Assembly: GCA_020184695.1 (NCBI GenBank)
Contig: JAANOX010000233.1
Location: 62,001-126,000, forward strand
Length of the DNA stretch: 64,000 nt
From: Histomonas meleagridis 2922-C6/04-290x
Taxonomy: Eukaryota; Protista; Parabasalia
Direction: 5' to 3'
Part shown: piece by piece, positions 1-10,640 of the stretch
Position numbering within the stretch: position 1 is the first letter of the stretch
Layout of the letters: the number at the start of each line of letters is the position of its first letter
Position numbers and translations under genes: made by a program
Notes under the pieces: model-generated
Told to the model about the DNA's origin: nothing
The model's input: only the letters and a program-made list of their open reading frames with translations
The model's database searches: none

Positions 1-1955
1 ATGCATTCATAAGTGCTGTTTTAAATACTTTAAATAATTTCCAAATATTATTTTGAAATATAAAATTATTAAAATAAACATAAAATAACACAAATAAATA
101 TCTTTACCATTAATATAAATTCTTTCTTGTTCAAGAAGTAATTTAACTATTTCTGTATAACCATTTTCAGATGCTCTAATAAGTGCTGTTTTAAATATTT
201 TAAATAATTTCCAAATATTATTTTGAAATATAAAATTATTAAAATAAACATAAAATAACACAAATAAATATCTTTACCATTAATATAAATTCTTTCTTGT
301 TCAAGAAGTAATTTAACTATTTCTGTATAACCTTTTTCAGATGCTCTAATAAGTGCTGTTTCAAATATTTTAAATAATTTCCAAATATTATTTTGAAATA
401 CCAAATTATTAAAATAAATATTAAATAAAATAAATAAATATCTTTAGCATTAATATCAATTCCTTCTTGTTCAAGAAGTAATTTAACTATTTCTAAAAGA
501 CCATTTTCAGATGCTTTCATAAGTGCTGTTTCAAATAATTTATGTAATTTCCAAATATTATTTTGAAATATTAAATTATTAAAATAAATATTAAATAAAA
601 CAATTAAATATCTTTAGCATTAATATCAATTCCTTCTTGTTCAAGAAGTAATTTAACTATTTCTATATTATTATTTCTAACTGCTATATGAAGTGCTGTA
701 TAAAATTATTTAAATAATTTCCAAATATTATTTTGAAATATTAAATTATTAAAATAAATATTAAATAAAACAAATAAATACCTTTAGCATTAACATAAAA
801 TCCTTTTTGATTTAGAATGTATGTAACAAGTTCAATGTTTCCTGAAAATGAAGCAAAAACTAAAATATTTTCTGGAAGTTGATTATTTTTAAGGAAATAT
901 TTTACAAGAAAAATATTTCCGATTTTTGCTGCTTCATTAATGATATTTTCATTAATTTTCATTCCTTCATTTTCTAAATATGTAAAAATTTCATAATTAA
1001 AATATGAAACACATATTACACCTAATTCTTCTAATTTTTTAATTTTTTCGAATTTGTTTTCATAAATATACTTAAAGACATTATTTCGATGAAACTTGAT
1101 TGCAGCTTCACATGCATTATCAAATGATGAATGATTTTGTTCACATAAATGAACAATTTCAATGTTTCCACCTGCAACTGCATATTTACCTGTGTTTTCT
1201 ACTTCTGCGCCATTCATAAGTAAATATTTAAAACATTTAATTGAAGAAAAAAATGCTGCATAATCAATTAATGTAACATTATCTTTATTAATGAATGAAC
1301 ATCTTTCATAGAGTGATGATTTAATTTTTTGATTAAAATTAAAATCATTTTGTGATGATATTTCTTGAAGTTTGTCGATTTCATCATTTCTAATTATTTT
1401 AGCAATTTCTTTTGGATTAACTCCTTCTTTAATTAATTTCTTATGAAATGCAAAATCATTCTTCGAAAGTTCTTCACAAGCAATATTTTCTTGATAAAAT
1501 GAATATTTATATTTATCAAATTTATCTTGATTAATATGAACAAAAAATGGTTCGCCTTTATTTTAAATGACTTTTGCTTCAAGTAAATTATATTTAATCA
1601 TGTAATTAAGAAAGTAAAATGATTCTTGTGTATTTTTTCTAAGAAGAAATTGAGAAAATAAGTTTATTATTTTTGAAGTGATTTGATTATTTTCTTCAAA
1701 TTTTTCAATTTCCTGTAATAATTTCAAATATATATCGAAATTGTTACTTTTGATCAAAAGGGAATTATATATCATTCGGCTTATACTTATATTATAAGAT
1801 ATTGAATATTCTTTACAAAATTTGCTGATTATAAAATTCGATGATTGAACAAAATTATCTATATTCAAACCAAAGATTGTATTTTTGAGCATTACAAATG
1901 ATTCCCATTCATTTTGAGATTGATTTGCTTCAATTATTTCTCTTTTGTTGTTCAT
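1..1955 (-). CDS. DUF3447-type ankyrin-repeat gene (3' end runs off window); in-frame TAA at 1563-1565 and interrupted ankyrin repeats, so possibly a pseudogene
   Basis: ORFs 1563..1970 and 741..1217 are in the same frame, joined across one TAA. The bridging translation reads KLIKEGVNPKEIAKIIRNDEIDKLQE...LIDYAAFFSSIKCFKYLLMNGA, typical of parabasalid DUF3447-ankyrin proteins. It is followed by TALxxAxxxGxxEIVKLLL ankyrin units. First ATG at 1955. Confidence 0.8.
11..790 (-). repeat. 170-bp tandem repeat: 30 clear ankyrin codons plus an 80-nt AT-rich spacer per unit
   Basis: The anchor aagtgctgt occurs at 11, 181, 351, 521 and 691 (exact 170-nt period). Spacers lie at 20-99, 190-269, 360-439, 530-609 and 700-779. 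Confidence 0.95.
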
Positions 1956-1973
1956 TTTGAATAAATACAAGAT

Positions 1974-2004
1974 ATACCACTTTTTGAGCTTCGCTCAAAA
2001 AGTG
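1974..2004. promoter_or_regulatory. Palindromic CACTTTTTGAGC-ttc-GCTCAAAAAGTG element (initiator-like CACTTTT on both strands) upstream of the ankyrin gene
   Basis: 12-bp perfect stem seen directly. CACTTTT precedes other ATGs in this window, e.g. the 5894 minus-strand gene. Confidence 0.5.
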
Positions 2005-2389
2005 TCTCCGCCATCTTACTAACTTTTTTAATATTAATTAATGATGTAAGTTACATGTTGATCTTCATTAACTTGAAAAAAAAAAAAAACATTAATTATT
2101 AAAATAATATTATTAACTGAGAAAACATATATATTATACCTATTTATAATATGACTAATTTTTGTGAGAGGTATAATAAATAATGTATGAGAATATATAT
2201 ATAGACTATTAAGAATATATATAGACTAAACAAATTAAAATAATTCGAATACTTTTGATTTATAATCTTATAAACTTAAAGGAGAATGATTTTTAGGGAA
2301 TATTCAAAATATCTAATTTATAAAAAATGAATTACTATTAAATAATAAGGATAAAAATTAATAAATAAAAGAAAATTTTATTTTAATAA

Positions 2390-2860
2390 AAGAAGAATAT
2401 CAAATGTAAGAAGAAAATCAACATATGAAAAGCAAACATCAATACAGGGCAGAACCCTTGATGGCTTTTCTCAGCTATGGAGGTTTGATTTAAAATCTTT
2501 AATTTCATCCAAATCCACAAATAAGCAACAGTCGAATTCACCAATCACCGATATCACAGTAAGCGCTGCCATTTTCTGCTTATTTCATCTCGAGCGTAAT
2601 ATGCGGTGGGCCGACTTAAAGTTATCATCACGACATTATTGTTGGACTGATATGAAGAATCGCGACGGTATCCGAAGCTGTAGCGTTTCAACTCCGTAAT
2701 AGTTTAGCAACATATGTCCAAGACAATGTCTTTACATTAATAGATCCATCCCCGAACAAAATCTTACAATTATTTCAACAATTCCAAACATTAGATCCAA
2801 GTAATCGATGTCTTTTCATTTTTAATGGACATGGTACACCAGAACCAGTTACCGAAGATT
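2390..2860 (+). pseudogene. RPTOR: Raptor/KOG1 N-terminal caspase-like domain fragment, frameshifted, no start codon, truncated
   Basis: Manual translation gives ITVSAAIFCLFHL...RHYCWTD [frameshift near 2670] EAVAFQLRNSL...LIDPSPNKILQLF...RCLFIFNGHGTPEP. This parallels Raptor TVSVALVLCL...RLECWID...ETIGANL...LDPT...RVLFHYNGHGVP. Not in the ORF track. Confidence 0.7.
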
Positions 2861-2907
2861 CCTTAATTACAAATTTATTTGATATCCTAAATTGCTTTTC
2901 TTGTTCC

Positions 2908-4713
2908 TTATTTCTTATTTTTGTTCTTCTTTTTATTTTTCTTTTCCTTATCATTATTCTGCTTTTCTTTTCCTTCTTTGTTTGTTTTTTCCTTTTCGTC
3001 TTTGTCTTCGTTGTTATGTTTTTCTTTCTCATCTGTGTTTTTATTGTCTCCATTTTTGTTCTTCTTTTCTTTTTCATTTGGTTTATTTTCATCATTTTTA
3101 TTTTTATTTTTGTTCTTCTTTTCCTTTTCATCTTTATTTTCGTTATTATGTTTTTCTTCATTTTGTTTATTATTTTCATCGTTTTCGTTTTTATTTTCTT
3201 TTTTATTTGGATTTTCATTGTTTTCATTTTTCTTTTCTTTTTTCTTTTTCCCCTTTTGCTCAATATTCGCTAATCGCTTTTCAGCTGAATTAATTCTATT
3301 TTCGATGCATTTTATTCTTTCTGTAAGTTCTTTTCCGCTTAAACACTTTTCATCATAAATTTCATGTATTGATTCGATGCACCATTTGATAATCTTTTCG
3401 TTATGTTCCATTCGCTCAATACAATTAAATTCTTCAATCGAAGATAAACTTTCGAACGCATTTTTGTGTGAATTTACATTCCCTAATGTCGAACTCTTTA
3501 TCATTTCTTTGGTCATATTCATTTTCTCTTCGATTCTTGACTTTATTTCACTGATTTGTTGATCCGTTTGTTGTTGCGCTTTGTCTAAGAATGTGTTACT
3601 TTCTTTGTTAATGTCTTCCATAAGTTCTTTAAGATTTGTCGAATTAGATTCAATTTTTTGTTCTAATGAATCAATTTTGGAGTTTTCTTCCTGCTCCATT
3701 TCAGAGAATTTGCTTTGATATTCAAATGATGATTTTTGAAGACTTGAAATTTGTTCGGTTATCTCGTTTCTTTGTTGTTCAATAATGGAATTAGAACACT
3801 CTATCGTATCTATCGTTGATCGGAGACCGTTTATTTTGGCTTCGCACTTTTCTGACACTTTTTGCGTGGATTCGGTGAACGTTTGCACCGCAATTTGGAT
3901 TTGATTTGGAATAGTTTCATTTTTAAGTGTATCTAGCGCTTGTCGTCCTTCTTCTAGTTCATCCTCAAGTTTTGTTAAACTAATGGAATCTTTGTCTTCT
4001 GTTTGATTACTTTTTGAATCATCATGCTCATTTAGTTTTTCTTCTAATTTTTGTATTCTTGAGTTTATTTCATCAATTTGTTTGTCAAATTGTACTTTTT
4101 GTGAGGAAATGGAATTGTTAGTGTTGAGAATTTGTGATTCGATTTCACTTGTAATATCTTTGATTTGAGCTAGTGATGAATTTGCCGAAGCCAAAGAGTG
4201 ATTGAATTTTGATTTCAACTGCTTGAGATCTTCTTGTATTGGTTTAAGTTTAGAACCAATATCAACTCTAATAAAATGGTTAAGTTTTGAATTTAATTGT
4301 TCAATAGATTGAGAGCTTGCAGATATTTCATCATTTTGAAGTTTTTGTATTCGTGATCGAATTTCATCGATTTGCTTTTGTATAAAAATCTGCTGTTGTT
4401 GAATATTTTGCATCTTTGGCTGTGTTCCCTGTTTAAGTAATGACATTTGAGAGTCTAATTTTTTGATTTCAATTACTTGTTTATTTTCTAACATTTGAAT
4501 TTGATTATTAAATTCCATCTTCGTGCGTTGAATTTCAGCTGTTCTATTTTTATTATTCTTACTTTGAGGTGTTAAAGAAATGATATTATGATTTTTTGGT
4601 GATTGAATTCCATTATTTTGTTTCTTTGGAGTAGCAATAGAAGGCAAATGAGATCTTTCATTTGGTTGTTCTAGTTTTGGTGGTTGTAATTCTTTAATTA
4701 ACACATTTTCCAT
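2908..4713 (-). CDS. Coiled-coil protein with a K/E/N-rich low-complexity C-terminus (601 aa)
   Basis: Long ORF with heptad-like Q/E/K/L composition; GCACTTTT initiator-like motif upstream. Confidence 0.8.
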   Translation of the reverse strand: MENVLIKELQPPKLEQPNERSHLPSIATPKKQNNGIQSPKNHNIISLTPQSKNNKNRTAEIQRTKMEFNNQIQMLENKQVIEIKKLDSQMSLLKQGTQPKMQNIQQQQIFIQKQIDEIRSRIQKLQNDEISASSQSIEQLNSKLNHFIRVDIGSKLKPIQEDLKQLKSKFNHSLASANSSLAQIKDITSEIESQILNTNNSISSQKVQFDKQIDEINSRIQKLEEKLNEHDDSKSNQTEDKDSISLTKLEDELEEGRQALDTLKNETIPNQIQIAVQTFTESTQKVSEKCEAKINGLRSTIDTIECSNSIIEQQRNEITEQISSLQKSSFEYQSKFSEMEQEENSKIDSLEQKIESNSTNLKELMEDINKESNTFLDKAQQQTDQQISEIKSRIEEKMNMTKEMIKSSTLGNVNSHKNAFESLSSIEEFNCIERMEHNEKIIKWCIESIHEIYDEKCLSGKELTERIKCIENRINSAEKRLANIEQKGKKKKEKKNENNENPNKKENKNENDENNKQNEEKHNNENKDEKEKKNKNKNKNDENKPNEKEKKNKNGDNKNTDEKEKHNNEDKDEKEKTNKEGKEKQNNDKEKKNKKKNKNKK

Positions 4714-4799
4714 GCAAAAAAGGATTATAACGTATTTAATTCAATAATTCAATTCTTTACTCCAAAAGTGCGATTCATGGATTTATATTTTTAATTAAT

Positions 4800-5894
4800 C
4801 TATTGAGCTTTACGTAAAAATGAGCTAATTCCTATAGTAAACACATGTATATCTGGTATATTTGGGTGTGCCTCTATGCTTAATGCATTTTTATCCACTT
4901 TCGTCACTGAGACCACAGGATTATCTTCAGCATCTACCAAGATACAATTTTTAATACTGACCAATCCAGCTTTTCCAGTTGATTCGATAACCCATTTTCC
5001 TTTAATTTTTCTGGGTTTTCTACTTCTAATAGATTCCGGGAGACCGTTTATTTTCTTCAAGAAATAAACGGCCACCGACTTGGGTGAATATTCGTCGTCA
5101 CTTTCGCGGAAGAACTTAATGTGCATCACCTCGTCGCCGTACTCGTTCTTGTTCCGAAGGCCATAGCTTTCACCATCATTGGCATACAAAATAGCGGCTT
5201 TATATTCTTTTTTGCTAAAATGCATTTCGGTACCTTCACTAATGTAAATTACTCCATTTTCTTTAGTTGGCTTAAGCTTAGAATGAAGAATAGGTTGGCC
5301 ACATGAAAATAGTTGAAAGTGCGTCCTCTTCCCTTTGAGTGTTCTGTTTTTCTTTCTTTCAATTCTGTATGGAACTAAATCATTAGAATGAGAAACTTCT
5401 TTTGGAATAGGTGGAACTTCAATCTCTTCTTGTGAAGGAAACTGCTGAGGTGGTGGTGATTGGGATGGTGGTTCTTCATTCGGCTTTTGTTCATTGTTTT
5501 TTGTGGATTTTGTTGGCTTAGCTGCTTTAGGGAGAATAACATGAGTGCTTCCCTTTGTGGCTTTGTTTGGCCCCTTTTTAGGCGTGCTGTCTGATTTTTC
5601 TGATGATGATATTGATTCTGAAGATGATTCATCTTTTCTTTTTGTTTTTACGATTACAATTTCACTATCACTGTCGCTGTCAGAACTATAGTAAGAATCG
5701 CTTCCAAGGTCAATGTTTTTAGCAATCATTCTTTGACCAGGCGACAACAATGGTTTTTTAAATGGACTTTGTGGAGCAGGACGATTTGGAGGTTTCCTGA
5801 TATTTGTAGGCTTAGGTGGTGGAGCTACAATTTCTTCACTTGAAGAGTCACTTGTATCTGTATCATCATCAAAAGTTATTGTATAAAGACTCAT
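4800..5894 (-). CDS. Tubby C-terminal domain-like protein with an S/D/P-rich N-terminus
   Basis: C-terminal SIKNCILV...VTKVDKN...VFTIGISSF resembles tubby SVKNFQIV...FAIALSSF. GCACTTTT lies just before the ATG. Confidence 0.7.
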   Translation of the reverse strand: MSLYTITFDDDTDTSDSSSEEIVAPPPKPTNIRKPPNRPAPQSPFKKPLLSPGQRMIAKNIDLGSDSYYSSDSDSDSEIVIVKTKRKDESSSESISSSEKSDSTPKKGPNKATKGSTHVILPKAAKPTKSTKNNEQKPNEEPPSQSPPPQQFPSQEEIEVPPIPKEVSHSNDLVPYRIERKKNRTLKGKRTHFQLFSCGQPILHSKLKPTKENGVIYISEGTEMHFSKKEYKAAILYANDGESYGLRNKNEYGDEVMHIKFFRESDDEYSPKSVAVYFLKKINGLPESIRSRKPRKIKGKWVIESTGKAGLVSIKNCILVDAEDNPVVSVTKVDKNALSIEAHPNIPDIHVFTIGISSFLRKAQ

Positions 5895-6109
5895 CTGCTA
5901 CAAAAGTGCACGTTAAACATCCTTTTTCAATTAACCGTTAAATTTTCAGCGTGCCCTTTAAAATAAACTATTCAATATTTACAGTATGAAAAATAGTCAA
6001 GAAATATGAAAATCATTCATAAGAAAATAATAACTTTTAAAATTAATTAATCGCTTCACTTTTTGCACTAAAACAAAAGTTAATGTCAAATTTTATTTAA
6101 AATGTTTTC

Positions 6110-7279
6110 TTATATTAAAAAAGAAAGAACAGATGATGCCATAAGAAGGAAAATGATGTTAGTTCCAATATTATATAATTTTTTGTCACTAGATACTATC
6201 GGAATTATGTTTGTTGTGGGCATCGAGCTCGAGCTAGGATTTGAAGATGATGGCGATGGTGAAGGGATGGTTATATTAAACAATTCATCTGTTTTCATGG
6301 TATAATTGATATTTTGAGGAATTCCTGTTGTATTAATGAATTTTTGATTTTCCTCAGTAGCAAATAAATTTAATTTAAAGTTTGATACTTTTACCCATTC
6401 GCCCATAAATTTGAAACTTGTTGTGGTATTCCTGATATATCCATTGTTATAATAGAAATATACATCGAAAAATTGTTTGCAGATTTCCTTTAGTATCATC
6501 ATTTGAGGATCATCGAAGTATATATTTAAAGACATTGGGTTTGTAACATTAGGTGCGAGAATCATTTTAATTTCATTTGATATCAATATGTAAGGTGTAA
6601 GCATTAAGGAAATATTTTTATTAATTGTCATATTCTTAGGTACTTTACCAATAGTGGTCTCAAGAGTGATATTGTCTTCATAAAAAAAAATGGATATAGG
6701 AAAGTTATTTTCATTTACCCTGAATATTTTATTTGGTGACTGATGCTTTAAGTCTCCTAAATCATTTATCCTATTTGATATTAAATTATTTGCCTCAAAT
6801 GTCCCGTTTACTTTATCACAATTAAGAAGATATAATGTATTTAATTTTATATGGTTAATGAAATGAATATCGAAGTAATTAGAAACCAAAAGAGGAATGG
6901 ATTTAGAAAGATCAGTTTCATTTGACACAATGTCAATAAATGTGTGTTTACTTTTCAGTTCAATAACCATTTTAGAAACATTTGTTAAGTTGACTGTATA
7001 CAAGTGTTCACCACCAAAATCATAATACACATAATTAAAAGCATGATTATAATCTGACATATTTACAAATTGAGTTTCATCTAATTTATTCTCATAATTT
7101 ATAACAGAAAAAGCATTAGCTGCATCATTGCATAATTGTTGAAAATAAGTATCATTTGGATAACGTTTGGTGTAACTACGAATCAAGGATTCGTAAGTAA
7201 AATTATTTTTTTCTGGATATCCATAATAAACATATTTAGCTAAAACACATGAAATCTCTCCCAACAAACAAAGAAACAT
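6110..7279 (-). CDS. Putative surface protein: signal peptide, Ser/Pro stalk, hydrophobic C-terminal anchor; paralog of 59749..60897
   Basis: N-terminus MFLCLLGEISCV, PSPSPSSSNPS stalk and hydrophobic tail; aligns by eye along its length with the 59749 ORF. Confidence 0.75.
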   Translation of the reverse strand: MFLCLLGEISCVLAKYVYYGYPEKNNFTYESLIRSYTKRYPNDTYFQQLCNDAANAFSVINYENKLDETQFVNMSDYNHAFNYVYYDFGGEHLYTVNLTNVSKMVIELKSKHTFIDIVSNETDLSKSIPLLVSNYFDIHFINHIKLNTLYLLNCDKVNGTFEANNLISNRINDLGDLKHQSPNKIFRVNENNFPISIFFYEDNITLETTIGKVPKNMTINKNISLMLTPYILISNEIKMILAPNVTNPMSLNIYFDDPQMMILKEICKQFFDVYFYYNNGYIRNTTTSFKFMGEWVKVSNFKLNLFATEENQKFINTTGIPQNINYTMKTDELFNITIPSPSPSSSNPSSSSMPTTNIIPIVSSDKKLYNIGTNIIFLLMASSVLSFLI

Positions 7280-7973
7280 TTGAACGATATAGTAAAGAAC
7301 TTATTTTTGATATAATTTGTGTCTTAATATACACATGTAGAAAAGACATACATAAAACCAAAATAAATAAATATTTGTCTTTTTATTGACTTTGAAAATA
7401 AACAAAATATTCCTTTTTATTCTTTTGAAAATGGTTGTATTCAATTAACACCTACTTCTCAAAATTTAATGAATTTGCGTGTCGACTTCCAAACAGAATA
7501 AAATAAAAATGCAAACTCCAATCTTATAAATCTTTTTATGAAAACATTGAAGGACTTGTAATAACTCGGAATTCCTTGGTAATTAATGTAAAGAGTTAAT
7601 GTCTCATCTCAAAATTTTTCTTATAATATTTGTCTTAATGATTTAATTTTTTGAAACAGAACCCAGAAATTATATGTTATAAATGAGGTGGTTTATTCAT
7701 TTAGACAAACAATCTGACACTTGTTCCTTCAATATATATCTATATGAAATAACTCGTTTCATCCAAAATTAATTAATTTTGGAAAAATAATCTCAGAGAA
7801 ATAAAAATAAAAATAAAAAAGTTCATATACTAATTATTTAAACATAACATATTTCTGGTTTCTTGTGGTTTCAAGCCATTTCGAACTTAAAGGATGCCAT
7901 AAATTGAATTTTCATGTTTACTTCACCAAAAATTTCTGAGATTTTGGTCATGATGTAAAGCATTCAAATACAA

Positions 7974-10640
7974 ATGGAGGGAAAAATCGCCGAATTACTT
8001 GAACAGACATTCACTCCAAATGTTAATGCAGCTGAATCAATGCTTTCTTCAATTTCGGGATCAGAAGAATTTATTCCGTCTTTGGTATCACTTGTTTCAA
8101 ATCAATCATTTTCTGAGCGAATTCGTTTATCAGGTATTATTCATCTTCAGATTGTTGTTTCCAACCTATTTGATCGTCCTGGATATGATGCTCTAAAATC
8201 ATTAATTAAAAATTCATTAATAAATTTGATCCAAATTTCACCAGAAAGCCACAGGAAAAATGTTGCACATTATTCCAGAATTGTAATTAATTGTTCATTT
8301 AAACCGATTGAAGGAAATTCATGGCCCGAACTCCCTTCACTTATTTTATCTTTATTTAGTAATGGTGACATAAATTCAATTAGAACAGCATTAACTTTAA
8401 CTCGTTCCATATGCGGTGTCATTAAAATGCCATCACAAGAATTGATTCCGTTTGCAACAGATTTTTCAAATTCAATTTTACCTTTAATTTCACAATTATT
8501 TCAACAGAGTGATTCACTTGAACTCAATTCATTAGGTTTTAGTTGTGCATCTAGAATTTTGCAATCCACGAATATCCCAATTGATTTCCCATCACTGATT
8601 CCACTTTTCCTTCCAATTCTTCAGAAATCATTTTCAATATCAAACGTTAGTTCAGAAAACCCAGAGCTGTATCTCAATTTTTCGTATCGTGCTCTCAAAT
8701 TTTCAATTGCTTTAGTCACAAAATATTGGCAACAAATTGACTTTGAGACCGTTAACAATTATATACAACTTATCCAAGGTTTACTTCGTGCAAATGTTCC
8801 ACCCAAATATAAGTGTCTTCTTCTTCAACTACTATCAAAGATCACAGAGCTAGAGCAGTCGTGGTCGATCATCGAACCGAATCTTCCATTCTTTTTGAAA
8901 GATATGATGGCCCCACTTTTTGCTCTGTCTCAAGAAGAAATTCAAATGGTTGAAAGCGACCCCGCCATGTTTATATCCGAAGTACATAAATCTGGCGATG
9001 AATTCGAAGATGTTCGAACAGCTGCAGCTTCAATTATTTATTCACTTGCAAAAGACCACGAAGATGTAACCAACGTGTCCCGACTCGTTGCAGCCGAAGC
9101 ATTTGTTTGGTATTCTAATCTTCAAAAAGATATCTCAGCACAAGCAATACTTTTTTCAACCTTTTTAATGTTTTCTACAGTGTCAAAGTTCTTATCAGAT
9201 AGCAACCCACAGCTTCTTAGCAACTTCTTTACTTCAGCAGGCGTCTTATTTCAAATTCCAGATAATCTTCCACGCGCTGCCATTTTCATGCTTTTGTCAA
9301 GTGTGTCCAGTACATTTGCCATGTCCAACATTCCAGAGGTTATCACCATATGTATTCAACATCTTATGGATCCATCTCCACTTGTTCGTTATTATTCGGC
9401 AATATCTGCTTCAAATCTTCTTGAGAAGTTCAATGATGCCAAAGCCATTCGTAATGCCTTTCTTCCTTCTCTTCAAGCACTTTTCCAATCAATCTTTCAA
9501 CTTTCGACAATATTTCATCATCGAGATTTAGCACAAGCAATTACTGCTTTAGTGAAAGTATTTTCATCAGACGTAAAGCAAATTGCTGATGGATTAGGCC
9601 ACGAATTGCTATGTCTTCTTGCAAACTCTTCTGAATCAGAAGAAACCGCCGGTGATTTGATTGATTCTTTTGAATTTTTGATCGATGTGATCGTCAAAAG
9701 TGACACGGCACAAACCGTCGGATCGGTTTTGTTTTTAAAGAGTATAGAGCTCTTGAAGTTGCTGAAGAACTCAAGGATTTTTGATTTGTTTGCTATGTCT
9801 GTGAAAAGGCTTCTAGAAAATTGTCATTTTGAAGAAAGTTTTTGGAATGCAGCACCAATAATTATTGAAAGAATACAAACTGATAATGATATCTCAATAA
9901 CTGACTTATGTGAAATAATATCATTGTTAGTCTATAAAGATAATGACTTTGGTAAGAAGCAAGAATTGTCATCAACATTAACACAATTTATAGTCCAACA
10001 ACTTCGGAATTCTATGAATGATTTTGATGTCTGGAATGAATACGCTAAAGTTATATCATCGATAATGCTTAGACTAACTGCTCAAAGTGAACTTGTTGGT
10101 GGAATATTTCCTGATGTGACTCAAATGACGTGCACTCAAATTGAATTCTCAATTCAAAATCCATTTTTTGAATGCATCGGTTTGGACACAATAGTTAACG
10201 TGCTCCTTATTGTAAATGCGGCGGCCGTTAACTCAATTTGTGGAGCTAAATTTGAATGGTTTATAAATTACTGGATTGAAAACCCAAAGTTCCCAGAAAC
10301 CGCCGTATCGGCCATAACGTGCTTCCCAATGTTTTCGGGAAATGCTTCATATCAAACAAAAATATTGGTGACTTTAGCGGAATTATTGTGTACTGATGTT
10401 TTTAATCGTGATCCAATGCATGATAATTTTGATCAAGTAGCTGATTGTGAAACGAATGTTATTTGGTTTGATTATCCTCAGACCCTAAATGCTGTTTACC
10501 AATTATTTGTTGGTGCACAAACAAATGGTTCTGTTTATCAATCATTTGTTCAACAAATACCTCAAGAATGGCTTGCGATGCTGGAAAAAACGCCACAGTT
10601 TGCTGAATTGTATGTGAGAGGAAGCATCCAAGGCATGTAA
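7974..10640 (+). CDS. Importin-beta family HEAT-repeat protein (importin-7/8-like)
   Basis: IBN_N-like start (LLEQTF...NAAESML...RLSGIIHLQ), WPELP motif, EEIQMVESDPAMFISE similar to the importin-7/8 DPxEY region; 888 aa, helical. Confidence 0.65.
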   Translation: MEGKIAELLEQTFTPNVNAAESMLSSISGSEEFIPSLVSLVSNQSFSERIRLSGIIHLQIVVSNLFDRPGYDALKSLIKNSLINLIQISPESHRKNVAHYSRIVINCSFKPIEGNSWPELPSLILSLFSNGDINSIRTALTLTRSICGVIKMPSQELIPFATDFSNSILPLISQLFQQSDSLELNSLGFSCASRILQSTNIPIDFPSLIPLFLPILQKSFSISNVSSENPELYLNFSYRALKFSIALVTKYWQQIDFETVNNYIQLIQGLLRANVPPKYKCLLLQLLSKITELEQSWSIIEPNLPFFLKDMMAPLFALSQEEIQMVESDPAMFISEVHKSGDEFEDVRTAAASIIYSLAKDHEDVTNVSRLVAAEAFVWYSNLQKDISAQAILFSTFLMFSTVSKFLSDSNPQLLSNFFTSAGVLFQIPDNLPRAAIFMLLSSVSSTFAMSNIPEVITICIQHLMDPSPLVRYYSAISASNLLEKFNDAKAIRNAFLPSLQALFQSIFQLSTIFHHRDLAQAITALVKVFSSDVKQIADGLGHELLCLLANSSESEETAGDLIDSFEFLIDVIVKSDTAQTVGSVLFLKSIELLKLLKNSRIFDLFAMSVKRLLENCHFEESFWNAAPIIIERIQTDNDISITDLCEIISLLVYKDNDFGKKQELSSTLTQFIVQQLRNSMNDFDVWNEYAKVISSIMLRLTAQSELVGGIFPDVTQMTCTQIEFSIQNPFFECIGLDTIVNVLLIVNAAAVNSICGAKFEWFINYWIENPKFPETAVSAITCFPMFSGNASYQTKILVTLAELLCTDVFNRDPMHDNFDQVADCETNVIWFDYPQTLNAVYQLFVGAQTNGSVYQSFVQQIPQEWLAMLEKTPQFAELYVRGSIQGM

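Noticed and set aside
694-781. GT...AG 86-nt intron in the first ankyrin spacer
   Set aside because: GT occurs in only one of five units, the CAG arises from the ACA GCA codons, there is no ACTAAC branch motif, and splicing would leave a 28-aa repeat. It cannot explain the other units.
11-790. Repeat-spacer pattern as a CRISPR array (also the 17-mer array at 42809-43164)
   Set aside because: Eukaryotic context, repeats encode ankyrin or are degenerate, spacers are not unique sequences of CRISPR type, and no cas genes.
1563-1565. Alternative genetic code (TAA/TGA read as sense)
   Set aside because: Long conserved host genes have no in-frame stops and end normally in TAA or TGA.
2775-3562. 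Several K/M-rich or F/L-rich ORFs overlapping 2908..4713
   Set aside because: Alternative-frame and antisense shadows of the low-complexity KEN-rich tail.
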